DNA from: Candidatus Poribacteria bacterium
GTDB taxonomy: Bacteria > Poribacteria > WGA-4E > JAJDTR01
Length of the DNA stretch: 64,000 nt
Reading direction: 5' to 3'
NCBI GenBank assembly: GCA_965222225.1
Contig: CBDCTK010000002.1
Span: 5,536,001 to 5,600,000, forward strand
The position numbers and the translations under genes were made by a program. The notes below the pieces were generated by a model. The model saw nothing but the letters and a program-made list of their open reading frames with translations, ran no database searches and was not told the origin of the DNA. Positions within the stretch are counted from its first letter, which is position 1, and each line of letters starts with the position of its first letter. This document shows positions 1 to 9,170 of this stretch, in pieces.

Positions 1-365
1 GCGTTCTTGTTCTTTCCTGAGGCAATCAAGGTTGCATGACCTCCCATTTCCGGAGTTGCCACATCAACGGATGGGCATTCAGTTTGAATGGCACGAACAT
101 CGTCCATAGTCAGGTAGTGGTCCGTTGGATTACGAATCCATCTGTTCCCTTTGCGGATCCAATCATTGCGATATACCCCGAAGACACTTGGGCCGCCAAC
201 TTTCTCAACTTCCCATAACAACAAGGCCTTTGCGCCAGATCCAAATGATATCATTCCAATGATGCCTGCAATGCCGATGATGATGCCTAGCATTGTCAGG
301 AATGTACGCATTTTGTTGACTATTAATGTCGAAAAAGCCGTAATGACACATTCTATGAGTTTCAT
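1..365 (-). CDS. ABC transporter permease, MacB/FtsX family (N-terminal part; runs off the window edge)
   Basis: Manual translation from ATG at 365: MKLIECVITAFSTLIVNKMRTFLTMLGIIIGIAGIIGMISFGSGAK. This is the typical R-x-x-LT-x-LGI-x-IG start of MacB-like permeases. Not in the ORF track because it is truncated. Confidence 0.85.
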   Translation of the reverse strand, partial: MKLIECVITAFSTLIVNKMRTFLTMLGIIIGIAGIIGMISFGSGAKALLLWEVEKVGGPSVFGVYRNDWIRKGNRWIRNPTDHYLTMDDVRAIQTECPSVDVATPEMGGHATLIASGKNKN

Positions 366-554
366 CGCAAGTTCTTTTTTCTTGTCAGTGCAGACTTGGT
401 GTGCTAGAATACCAACCACGCCTTCAAACGAGATTTACGTCATCTAACGCAGGCGTCCATTTTCTTTTACGGCATACACCAAATCCTACCTAATCAGACG
501 TACAAGCCGTTCTCGACGTTTAGAGAGCAATCCCACTCTTAAGGTGACGAGAAA

Positions 555-2570
555 TTGTCAACATGGCATGCCTCAGAAGCAGTGGATGCAGTTCTTTTGT
601 CTTGGTCTTTTTCCGAACGGCCCACAGAAATCAAACGTCATAGAGCTACACTTGAAGGACTTACTCGTGGTGGTAAATGTGCGTGGATTCGCCTAACTTC
701 GTCATTTACGGAAACGCGGTTTCGGTTAACCTCGGTTGAACACACTTTCCCTGCGTCGGTAAGAAACGAGACAATACGGCAAGAACTGATACAGTGGCAT
801 TCGTTCCAGAATATTTGCTTGGATCGAATTTACCTTGTTGCTCAAGAGCACGTCAAGGAAACGTGTTACGATATTACGGATTATATCAAGCGTTGCTTGA
901 CTGGAGATCTTTCCATTGCAGATCGGTTAAGGGGACGTACAATCTTTGGGCTGCGTCAAATCGAGACTGATGCGTATGACTTACTGAGTAGCCTGGGCTC
1001 CAGTGGAGTGATTAAACATGCCTTGAGGCCATACATTCATGAATTTGGCGAGTTCATCGGGAACACGATACTCGGTTTCTGTTGTCAACTTCCGTCGTTT
1101 TTGTCACCTCTTAATACTCCCGCGTTGACAGTTCCTTGGAGCCCGGATTTAAGACCATATTTTCAATCAATCTGGGGCGAAAGACTTACTGAACACTTGC
1201 CGCTGATTTTTTACGGCGCGCATGGTACAGCGGCGATTCGTAGCGCATTTTGGGACGGTTTGACTCAGCAGTATTCAAAGGTTTGGATTGATGGATTTTG
1301 GCAATTTTGTCACCGATTACGCGTGCAGTATGCAGTTGAGATTCCCGCAAGTGAACAATCACTCGAATTTGATGTCGGAACAATTCTAAAGTATTCAGAC
1401 GGAGCAATCTTTATTGGTCCAAAGGAAAATGCGAATTCGAGCAATAGCCAAGATGCGAAGGAGAAATCGAGAACAGCAAGCCACGAAAGATTGTGCGTTT
1501 CGGACTTGACCCCGTTCCCCATTGATACCCCCAAGCGATTTTTGATTGCGAAGTGCATTGCAAGCCAGGCGGGCACGCGAACTTCGCGGATCGTTAGTAT
1601 CTGGAGGTCGAAACCCCCAACTACGGCGCAGTACGCTTTTGACCGGGTATTGGGCTTTAACTCTTGGATGGCAAATGAGAGTGAAAACACGGACGAGAAA
1701 GACTCCAAGTGCGAAGAGAAGCATGCCTCGCGAAATTTCGTTTCTCAGAGTTTTCCCCCGAAACAAGCAAGGAATCTCGTTACAAGATCCGCATGTTCTA
1801 TAGGGGAGCCTCAACGCTCGGTATTGATAATCTCGCCGCTGCAGAGTTTATGGTCTCGAACCGATGAGCGCGAATGGCGTGAAATAACAAGTTCATGGGC
1901 GTGGTTATGTCAAACTGTCTGGAATTTGGGTTATGATTTTGATATAGCTACAGAAAGTGATTGTGTTAATGCGAAATTCAACAAGAGTAGCCGTTCGATA
2001 CGCGTAAATACCGGTTCCTACCGAGTGGTTCTGATTCCAAGCTGCACCTCGCTCCAAGAATACACGGTAAGCCTGTTAACAGGCGTTATTGCGGGACGTG
2101 GTAAGTTAATCGCAGTCGATCCGGTTCCATATCTATTCAATAGCAAGCTAGAACTTGACACACATCCGCTTGAGTTACTTCTCTACCATCAACGTGCCTC
2201 TCTTTTGCGGGGTACTGTCGCTGAAAAAACAGAAACTCTCAAGCAGTTATTGCGAAAGTGGGTCAAACCTGTACTCCGAGTTTACGCGAAGCCTGACAAC
2301 ATTCTTACCAGCGCAATTCGGTTTCAACATCGTCGAACAGAAGCATTCGACCTATTTTACCTTTTCAATGCTACTCAATCCTCAGTCGAAACCTTGATTG
2401 AAATTCGGGGAGAATCAGAGGAAGTTGAAGAATGGGGAGCAACAAGCGGTGAAAAAAGTGATATAGACTTTTGGCACGCTGACGGAAACACCTACCTTAA
2501 CCGTTCGTTCGATTGCTGGCAAAGCAGGTTGGTGACGACTCGGAGGAAAGTAACACAACCACTGTCGTAA
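555..2570 (+). CDS. Hypothetical protein, divergent GH106 alpha-L-rhamnosidase-like
   Basis: 671-aa ORF. Segments FIGNTILGF...PWSPDL..YF...G..L.EHLPLIF and GYDFD...YRVVLIP resemble GH106-like proteins, but the acidic DEP-like motif reads QLP. Confidence 0.45.
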   Translation: MSTWHASEAVDAVLLSWSFSERPTEIKRHRATLEGLTRGGKCAWIRLTSSFTETRFRLTSVEHTFPASVRNETIRQELIQWHSFQNICLDRIYLVAQEHVKETCYDITDYIKRCLTGDLSIADRLRGRTIFGLRQIETDAYDLLSSLGSSGVIKHALRPYIHEFGEFIGNTILGFCCQLPSFLSPLNTPALTVPWSPDLRPYFQSIWGERLTEHLPLIFYGAHGTAAIRSAFWDGLTQQYSKVWIDGFWQFCHRLRVQYAVEIPASEQSLEFDVGTILKYSDGAIFIGPKENANSSNSQDAKEKSRTASHERLCVSDLTPFPIDTPKRFLIAKCIASQAGTRTSRIVSIWRSKPPTTAQYAFDRVLGFNSWMANESENTDEKDSKCEEKHASRNFVSQSFPPKQARNLVTRSACSIGEPQRSVLIISPLQSLWSRTDEREWREITSSWAWLCQTVWNLGYDFDIATESDCVNAKFNKSSRSIRVNTGSYRVVLIPSCTSLQEYTVSLLTGVIAGRGKLIAVDPVPYLFNSKLELDTHPLELLLYHQRASLLRGTVAEKTETLKQLLRKWVKPVLRVYAKPDNILTSAIRFQHRRTEAFDLFYLFNATQSSVETLIEIRGESEEVEEWGATSGEKSDIDFWHADGNTYLNRSFDCWQSRLVTTRRKVTQPLS

Positions 2571-2647
2571 GCAGGATTCAGGACATGCTTATTTCCGCAG
2601 GTGCTTTCGCCCAAAGACTAGCCTAATGGTTTGGAAAGGAGATTTGA

Positions 2648-3847
2648 ATGAGAAAACGTATCGGTGTGTTGACGGGCGGTGGAGATACAAGTGCTCTTAA
2701 TGCGACACTCAAAGGAATCGCTCTGAAAGCTGAGGAACTAGGGTTTGAGCTTATCGGATTGATGGAGGGATGGAAGGGAGTTCTGAAAGGCGGACGCTAC
2801 TTTCTTCTCACACCTGACCTGATTGACGAAAATTATGGAGGAACAATATTAAAGAGTTCGCGTACGAATTTGATTGCTGCCAATAGGCTTGACGAAGCAA
2901 TTGAAAACCTCAAAACACTCAGGATTGAGGGGCTTATTCCCATCGGTGGCGACGATACTATAACCGTCAGTGTAGAGTTGTCAAAGCAGTTCATTATGGC
3001 ATCCGTGACAAAAACCATCGACAATGATGTCGGGCTCAATCCACCAGAGGGAAGTTCGGTCAATTATTCAAAGATGTTTAACTACTTCTGCCCCGGTTTT
3101 CCTACAGCGGCGAGTCGATTGATTCAGTATGTCCAGGATCTCCGCACTACGGCGTATTCGCATAATAGAATTTTCTTCGTCGAGGCGATGGGACGGGATG
3201 CCGGTTGGCTTACGCTCGCCTCCGCTTATGGGTACGCAGATCTGATTGTGGTGCCGGAAATACCTTATGAACCCGATCGCCTCGCCGAAGCTATTAGGCG
3301 CAAGCATAAAGAGAAGGAGAATGTAATCGTCGTTGTATCCGAAGGAATCCGTAACCAAAAAGGTGAACTGATGATTACCTCAAAGAAAGAACTTGACGCT
3401 TTTGGTCATACTCGACCGGGTGGGTGCTCGGAAATCATAGCGGAAGCGATGAGACTGAGGCTCTCAAAAGAATTCCCAAGTGCAACCTTTCGCCACGTCA
3501 TACTAGGGTACCTTCAGAGATGTGGTTCCCCGATACCACTTGATCGGGACTGTGCGATAAAGGCAGGAGAGTTGGCTGTCAGGGCGCTTGGTGAGGGACA
3601 ACTCAACGGGATCTCAACGATTATGCGCACCGAGACCGGCATTGAGCCTGTACTTTACCCCATGGATCAGGTGATTAAGCGTGACGAAAACAACAAAGTG
3701 ATACCACGGAGCTTAGACTTGCGTTTCTACGATGTAGAGAACTACCAAATCTCACCCGCGGGCACGGGATATTTCAGACCTATTTTCGGCGATCTTCCTA
3801 GATTTCAGACACACGAACTGGGCTCAACCAAATTTGGAGAAATTTGA
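2648..3847 (+). CDS. pfkA: 6-phosphofructokinase, probably PPi-dependent
   Basis: Motifs IGVLTGGGD, GGTILKSSR, IGGDDT, KTIDND, VEAMGRDAGW, LGYLQR. RBS AAGGAG upstream. Confidence 0.92.
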   Translation: MRKRIGVLTGGGDTSALNATLKGIALKAEELGFELIGLMEGWKGVLKGGRYFLLTPDLIDENYGGTILKSSRTNLIAANRLDEAIENLKTLRIEGLIPIGGDDTITVSVELSKQFIMASVTKTIDNDVGLNPPEGSSVNYSKMFNYFCPGFPTAASRLIQYVQDLRTTAYSHNRIFFVEAMGRDAGWLTLASAYGYADLIVVPEIPYEPDRLAEAIRRKHKEKENVIVVVSEGIRNQKGELMITSKKELDAFGHTRPGGCSEIIAEAMRLRLSKEFPSATFRHVILGYLQRCGSPIPLDRDCAIKAGELAVRALGEGQLNGISTIMRTETGIEPVLYPMDQVIKRDENNKVIPRSLDLRFYDVENYQISPAGTGYFRPIFGDLPRFQTHELGSTKFGEI

Positions 3848-4326
3848 GCAACAGGCAGCGCAAAGTAAGGCAACGAGCATGTCAAACCAGATTGTGCGTT
3901 CTTTGGATTCAGGCGGTGCTTGAATGGAATCTTTTAGGAAATCGTGTCATTGATGCACTCCCCAACCCTCCAATCTTGATCTTTTGGTTGCGATCGTGAA
4001 GAATTCGACAACCGAGTCCGCAGATTCGTCACATTGCAAAAGTCTCGACCAACGAAGGTTTAAGGAGATACGTCGTTTGAGATGTCCCAAGTGTTGTGGT
4101 AACTTATAAATGCTCAAGGATCAAACAGCGTTCTGCTTGGAGTGCGAATGAGACAACCACAAGCCGATATAACTACCAGAGCAAACTGCCCATGTTCGCA
4201 TCTCTGGGTTCTGGATACTGATGAAGTTGCCGATTTAGTGCATTGGACGTGCGTCTGCTGTAATGAACGACGAGAATTTCACATGGCAGTAATGTATCAA
4301 TGCCCGTGAAGAGATAGATAACCGCG

Positions 4327-5439
4327 ATGTTCAAGACATTTGTCGAAGTGATTACCTTGATTGCTTCCTTCTTGATCCAACATTGTCTATATAGCAAATT
4401 CCTGCCTGTCGGATTTAATCCTCAGCGCATCCTCGTTATCAAGTTGGATCACCTCGGCGACGTACTTCTCGCCACGCCCGTATTCTCGAATCTGAGGCGT
4501 GCCTACCCAGCCGCCAATATTCACGCCCTAGTTGGAGAATGGGGAGAGGTTGGCTTGAGGAACCATCCCGATGTAGACAAGATCCTCCGATACAACGCGC
4601 GTTTCTTCCGCAGACTTGGAAATCCCAAGTCTCAATGTAAAGCGCTTACTGTTCTATCTTTGCTCCGTCAACCAAAATACGATCTTGTCATTAATCTGCG
4701 CGGGGATTGGTTTACGGCGCTTTTTGCCCTTATGAAGCCGACCCGCTGTCGATTGGACTATGCTTGGCTGCAAGTAGCAAATAAACTTGGACTTGCTCGA
4801 TTCACCGGATTACATCAGCTTGAACGCAACCTCGATCTCTTGCGAATGGCGAAAATTCCGACATCCTGCAAACTCCCTGCTTTTCATACCACCGACGACG
4901 ATCGGAAATGGGTGGATGACTTCTTGCGCGAATCGGAAATTCTCCCGAATCGCCCACTTATTATAATACATCCGGGTTCTCCTATTTCCCTTAAACGCTG
5001 GCGGACAGAGCGTTTCGCAGCTATAGCGGATTGGTTGATTAAACAAAACAATGCCCAAATCTTTTTTGTTGGTACTCGTGATGAAGCGCATATCATTTCT
5101 ACTGTTCAAAGACAGATGCACGGAAAATCCATTAACCTCGCTGGAGCAACCACGGTGTCACAGCTCGCTGAGTTGTTGAAGCGTTGTCATCTATTCCTTG
5201 GAAATGACAGTGGCCCAATGCATGTCGCCGCTGCCGTTGGGACGAAAACCATTGGGTTATATGGCCCAGGAAATCCGGCACGTTTTGGCCCAATAGGGCC
5301 GAACTGCTTCGCAGTTCGGCGTCAGCTACACTGTCCTCCATGCATGGGCACGGTTTGTAAATTCGGTGGCGAAGGGTGTATGAAAGACATTCGGACTGAG
5401 GATATAATTCAAACAATTCAAGCGATTCATGCGATATGA
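4327..5439 (+). CDS. Glycosyltransferase family 9 (LPS heptosyltransferase-like)
   Basis: Motifs ILVIKLDHLGDVLL, HPGS...KRW, NLAGAT, GNDSGPMHVAAAVG. Confidence 0.92.
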   Translation: MFKTFVEVITLIASFLIQHCLYSKFLPVGFNPQRILVIKLDHLGDVLLATPVFSNLRRAYPAANIHALVGEWGEVGLRNHPDVDKILRYNARFFRRLGNPKSQCKALTVLSLLRQPKYDLVINLRGDWFTALFALMKPTRCRLDYAWLQVANKLGLARFTGLHQLERNLDLLRMAKIPTSCKLPAFHTTDDDRKWVDDFLRESEILPNRPLIIIHPGSPISLKRWRTERFAAIADWLIKQNNAQIFFVGTRDEAHIISTVQRQMHGKSINLAGATTVSQLAELLKRCHLFLGNDSGPMHVAAAVGTKTIGLYGPGNPARFGPIGPNCFAVRRQLHCPPCMGTVCKFGGEGCMKDIRTEDIIQTIQAIHAI

Positions 5440-5539
5440 TTTAGTTTGTCCGTGCAACGGCTTACCTTTTTGGCATTCCCGAATGAATATGAACTGCTTT
5501 TGTAGACAGTGAATTACAGAATTGTCTGCCGAGATATTT

Positions 5540-5557
5540 TTGCACCATTTGGTGCAA
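5540..5557. promoter_or_regulatory. Palindromic upstream activator-like site (NtrC-box-like)
   Basis: TTGCACCA-TT-TGGTGCAA, a perfect 8-bp inverted repeat about 100 bp upstream of a sigma-54 promoter. Confidence 0.55.
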
Positions 5558-5652
5558 TTTAACTGGCAAGTTTTAACCTGTTTCGTGCAATGTCAACAAA
5601 CCCTCGTGATGGCTAAACAAAGAAACTGCGCTGTTGAAAGGATTCCAGCGTA

Positions 5653-5667
5653 TGGCATATTAATTGC
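5653..5667 (+). promoter_or_regulatory. Sigma-54 (-24/-12) promoter
   Basis: TGGCAT-ATTAA-TTGC matches TGGCAC-N5-TTGC, about 100 bp upstream of the 5765 start. Confidence 0.7.
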
Positions 5668-5764
5668 GTGATGCGAGCTAGTAATTCAGAAGTTTCGCCA
5701 TACAATTGTTTAGATTATTTAAGCGTTTTACAAACCACAAATCCCAAATTCTGGAGGAAAACAA

Positions 5765-7243
5765 ATGAGTGCTAAAAGAACTTCCGGCGCATTTATGACC
5801 TCCTTGGTGCTCCACCTTGTCATTGCGTTTGTTGCTGGCTTATACCTTGTAAGCCAAACGCAACAGTTTAAAGATTTGGTGGGAGCAGATGTGCTCAAAG
5901 CCAAGGATCCGCCGAAACCGAAAGTACGTAAGCCTGTCGTCAAACCCGTGATTAAACCAACAGTGCCCACGACGAACACTGTGGTGGTTGAACAAGTTCA
6001 AATTCAGCCGAGGGTCACAACAGCTTTCGCCGCCCGTTCGAATTTCAAGACGCAATCTGTACTGGAATTTTCAAACAAAGTGGTTAAGGTTGATGCGCCG
6101 ATAAACCCGAATGTTCCAAGGGTCGTGTCTCCCAATGCACCTGTACCGCAGGCTGTTACACATGCTGACCTTCCGGTTTCAGATGCTCCCGGGGCGTTAG
6201 CTTTCTCCGCACCGGTGGCAAATGCTCCTTCTGCCGGTCCCGCCAACATTGGTCGAGGTATCGCCGGTGCAATTGTACAAGTCAAGGTTGCGTTTGACCG
6301 TCCGCCCGGTCTAGCCATGGTTGCCACTGTTGGTGCGGCGCCCGACGCCTTGGGTGATGTTGTGGAAAACATCACGCTTGGTAATACCGAGGTTCCACCG
6401 CTGCCTAGAGGTGAGCCGGGAGGAACAGTTATCGGTAAAGGACGCGATATCCGCGGCGTGTTGCGTTTTACTCGAATCCGTCACAATATTTCTGACTGGT
6501 GGGCAGATTCTTCCTCGTTGAATGCCTTAACCAAGTGGATTAACGAGCGAACGAAAATCAAAGCCGACATGAACGTTGAAGGCGGGGCATTGAAGTTGAC
6601 TGATGCTAATTTGCATAGAAGCCCGATACTTTTCATGACGGGACACGATCCTGCCTTGGTACGTTCACATAATTTGCTTGGCCGTCAATATGGTGGTGGA
6701 CGAATGGATAGTCGTCTCACCGAGACAGAATCAGCCGCTATGCGCAGGTACCTCGTGGAAAAAGGTGGCTTTCTGGTCTTTGACGACTGCGGTGTGAATG
6801 CGCCTGCCCAGGCAATGATTCGGTTGTTCCTTGCTCAAATGCGATATGTCATGCCCGAATATCAGGTCGAGCGGATTCCCAACGACCATGAAGTTTACGA
6901 CAACTTCTACGAAATGGGTGGACCTCCGGTTGGTTTTGATATCTTCTGGTGGGGAACGAGACCACAAAGAAGAAACTTCCTTGAAGGTATATCGGTCGGC
7001 GATAAGTTGTCAGTTATCACTGTCCGGCGCGACTATATGTGCGCTATGGAATCGGTCAGTTTGCCGACCCGTTCAGTCCACTATTCGCCGGGTGTTTATC
7101 GTTTCATGACCAACGTTGTTGTGTACTCGTTGACCCATGGCGACATATCCGACTATGACAATTACATTCCAGAGGACCTTTTGGCGAAAAAGGCGTTGCC
7201 TACAAGCGCACCACAATCAGCCAGGATTGGCGCTCTCGAATAA
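5765..7243 (+). CDS. DUF4159-domain protein with N-terminal anchor and Pro/Val-rich linker
   Basis: N-terminal TM SLVLHLVIAFV, Pro-rich linker, then PILFMTGH, RRYLVEKGGFLVFDDC and NVVVYSLT typical of DUF4159. Confidence 0.75.
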   Translation: MSAKRTSGAFMTSLVLHLVIAFVAGLYLVSQTQQFKDLVGADVLKAKDPPKPKVRKPVVKPVIKPTVPTTNTVVVEQVQIQPRVTTAFAARSNFKTQSVLEFSNKVVKVDAPINPNVPRVVSPNAPVPQAVTHADLPVSDAPGALAFSAPVANAPSAGPANIGRGIAGAIVQVKVAFDRPPGLAMVATVGAAPDALGDVVENITLGNTEVPPLPRGEPGGTVIGKGRDIRGVLRFTRIRHNISDWWADSSSLNALTKWINERTKIKADMNVEGGALKLTDANLHRSPILFMTGHDPALVRSHNLLGRQYGGGRMDSRLTETESAAMRRYLVEKGGFLVFDDCGVNAPAQAMIRLFLAQMRYVMPEYQVERIPNDHEVYDNFYEMGGPPVGFDIFWWGTRPQRRNFLEGISVGDKLSVITVRRDYMCAMESVSLPTRSVHYSPGVYRFMTNVVVYSLTHGDISDYDNYIPEDLLAKKALPTSAPQSARIGALE

Positions 7244-7268
7244 TCTGTGGTAAATCTTAGTAACTTCC

Positions 7269-7310
7269 GCATAGAAAAAGCAGCCACATTGCTGGCTGCT
7301 TTTTCTATGC
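7269..7310. terminator. Bidirectional intrinsic terminator
   Basis: Perfect 18-bp inverted repeat GCATAGAAAAAGCAGCCA / TGGCTGCTTTTTCTATGC with a 6-nt loop, between convergent genes. Confidence 0.85.
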
Positions 7311-7386
7311 GTGTCAGAATTTGGCTCTTCTACCTGAATGAATTGGATCTGCGCGTGGGTCCGCATCGGTGTATCCGCCTGACCTG

Positions 7387-8244
7387 CTACTCCTTTCGTG
7401 TCTTGACGGCGTTCTTTGCTTCAGTCGCAAGTCTTCCCGCTTGTTTCGCCAGTCGTTTCGTCTCCGTAATCTGTCTCATAATCGCACGGTTTGACCAAGA
7501 AACGCCAGTCACGTAGCGAATTTCTTTTTCGTCTGTGACTGTTGCGTCCAGCGCCTCGGCACCCAAATAAATCTGCAATCCGCTGTCTGCTGTATGGCGC
7601 ACTCCCACGTTCACGCCTCTTCCATCGGTCTCAAGGCATAGGGTCAATTCTCCCTTCGCGAAACGTGGTTGGAAATCCTTGCTAATGCCGAGAAAGACAC
7701 CGTTTAATACCTTGCCGATACCGAGGTTCTCGCTGAATCGGTTGATCCCGATTCCAATATGTCCCGAAATCTGATGTACACGCGGCAAATTGAAGATTTT
7801 GCTGATAGCAAGAAATGCTGACTTTCGCTTGTACTGCGTCGGATTAATCAGCTCTTGTTTAATCTCATCTCCAATGTTTTCAACGCCAACTGCCACGTTT
7901 GGCACTTTCCCTTCCTCGCTAAACAGCAGCACCTTGAGATTTGCCATCAGAAAACTCTTTTGATTGAGCCCTACGCTGGTCATTCCGACCTCAACCCGAT
8001 CGAAAAAACCGAAATTTAGTCGGATTGCCACTTCCTCGCGTGGAATCCCAGCCCTGTTCAGGAAAGCGAAATTTGTACCCACATCAATGTTCCCATGTTC
8101 AATGACCGCACCAGTTGGAATATTCATTAGTCCACTATCGCGGAAGTATGGTGTAGCTAATGGCGGAGAACACAGGGAAAATAGCACAAGCAAACAACAA
8201 CATTGGGATAATCGACAATAGTTTCTAGGATATGTTATCATCAC
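7387..8244 (-). CDS. YjbH-like putative outer-membrane protein
   Basis: Signal peptide, then SGLMNIPTG, FGFFDRVEVG, NLKVLL..E...PNVAVG; amphipathic beta-strand pattern. Confidence 0.6.
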   Translation of the reverse strand: MMITYPRNYCRLSQCCCLLVLFSLCSPPLATPYFRDSGLMNIPTGAVIEHGNIDVGTNFAFLNRAGIPREEVAIRLNFGFFDRVEVGMTSVGLNQKSFLMANLKVLLFSEEGKVPNVAVGVENIGDEIKQELINPTQYKRKSAFLAISKIFNLPRVHQISGHIGIGINRFSENLGIGKVLNGVFLGISKDFQPRFAKGELTLCLETDGRGVNVGVRHTADSGLQIYLGAEALDATVTDEKEIRYVTGVSWSNRAIMRQITETKRLAKQAGRLATEAKNAVKTRKE

Positions 8245-8921
8245 ATTTTCTCTCGGATTTCAACCCCTGATGTAGTGCCAATAATTGCCTTGTCGGCTCG
8301 ACTGACAAATAGTCCATTTTCGACAACACCAGGGAGATTGTTGAGTTGTAACTCAATTTGTGCGGGTTGCCGAATCATATCAAAGCGGCAGTCCAGAATG
8401 TAATTGCCGTTATCGCTGAGAAAAGGTTTTTCACCACTATACCGCATTGTCGATTTCCCACAAATGTTGTTGATTGCTGTTTGCGTGGCTTCCCATCCAA
8501 ATTGCAGAACTTCCACAGGCAGCGCAAATGTCGTTCCCAGCACGGACACTAATTTACTCTCATCCGCCACAATGACGAGCCGTTTGGACGCATGGGCGAT
8601 TATTTTCTCTCGTACTAAGGCGCCACCGCCTCCTTTAATCAGATTCAGGCTAGGGTCAATTTCGTCGGCGCCGTCAATGGTCAAGTCAATCACAGGGCGT
8701 TCCGCGAGCGTTGAGAGTGGAATTCCCTGCTTGGCGGAAATCGTTTCCGTCTGCTTTGATGTCGCAATTCCAGTGATATTCAATCCATCTCGTACCTTTT
8801 CCCCCAATGCGAGTAGAACATAATAAACTGTTGAGCCCGTACCTAGCCCCACAATTGCCCCAGGTTGTATCTCTTCAACAGCTTTCTCTGCCGCCATTTG
8901 TTTGAACCGTTCTTTATCCAT
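8241..8921 (-). CDS. rpiA: Ribose-5-phosphate isomerase A
   Basis: Motifs GLGTGST, DGADE, KGGGGAL.REK, PGVVENGLF. Confidence 0.97.
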   Translation of the reverse strand: MDKERFKQMAAEKAVEEIQPGAIVGLGTGSTVYYVLLALGEKVRDGLNITGIATSKQTETISAKQGIPLSTLAERPVIDLTIDGADEIDPSLNLIKGGGGALVREKIIAHASKRLVIVADESKLVSVLGTTFALPVEVLQFGWEATQTAINNICGKSTMRYSGEKPFLSDNGNYILDCRFDMIRQPAQIELQLNNLPGVVENGLFVSRADKAIIGTTSGVEIREKM

Positions 8922-9170
8922 GCCGTATCCTTAATGAGTGTCTGTAAATCGTAATTCAACAGTTTACCAAAGATGGGGTAGTCCATCAATAAGGAAAAGG
9001 TTTCCAATTTGAATGTTGGGACAGGACGTGGTAAAATAGATGATTAAATCTGAGGCACAATGAGTTACTGTCCCATTCAGCCCCGTATATACAGGGAATC
9101 CAAGATTTAGGCTATAGAACATAAGTGTTATCAATACCGTTCTCTGTGAAACATACCGATCTGGTGAGTT

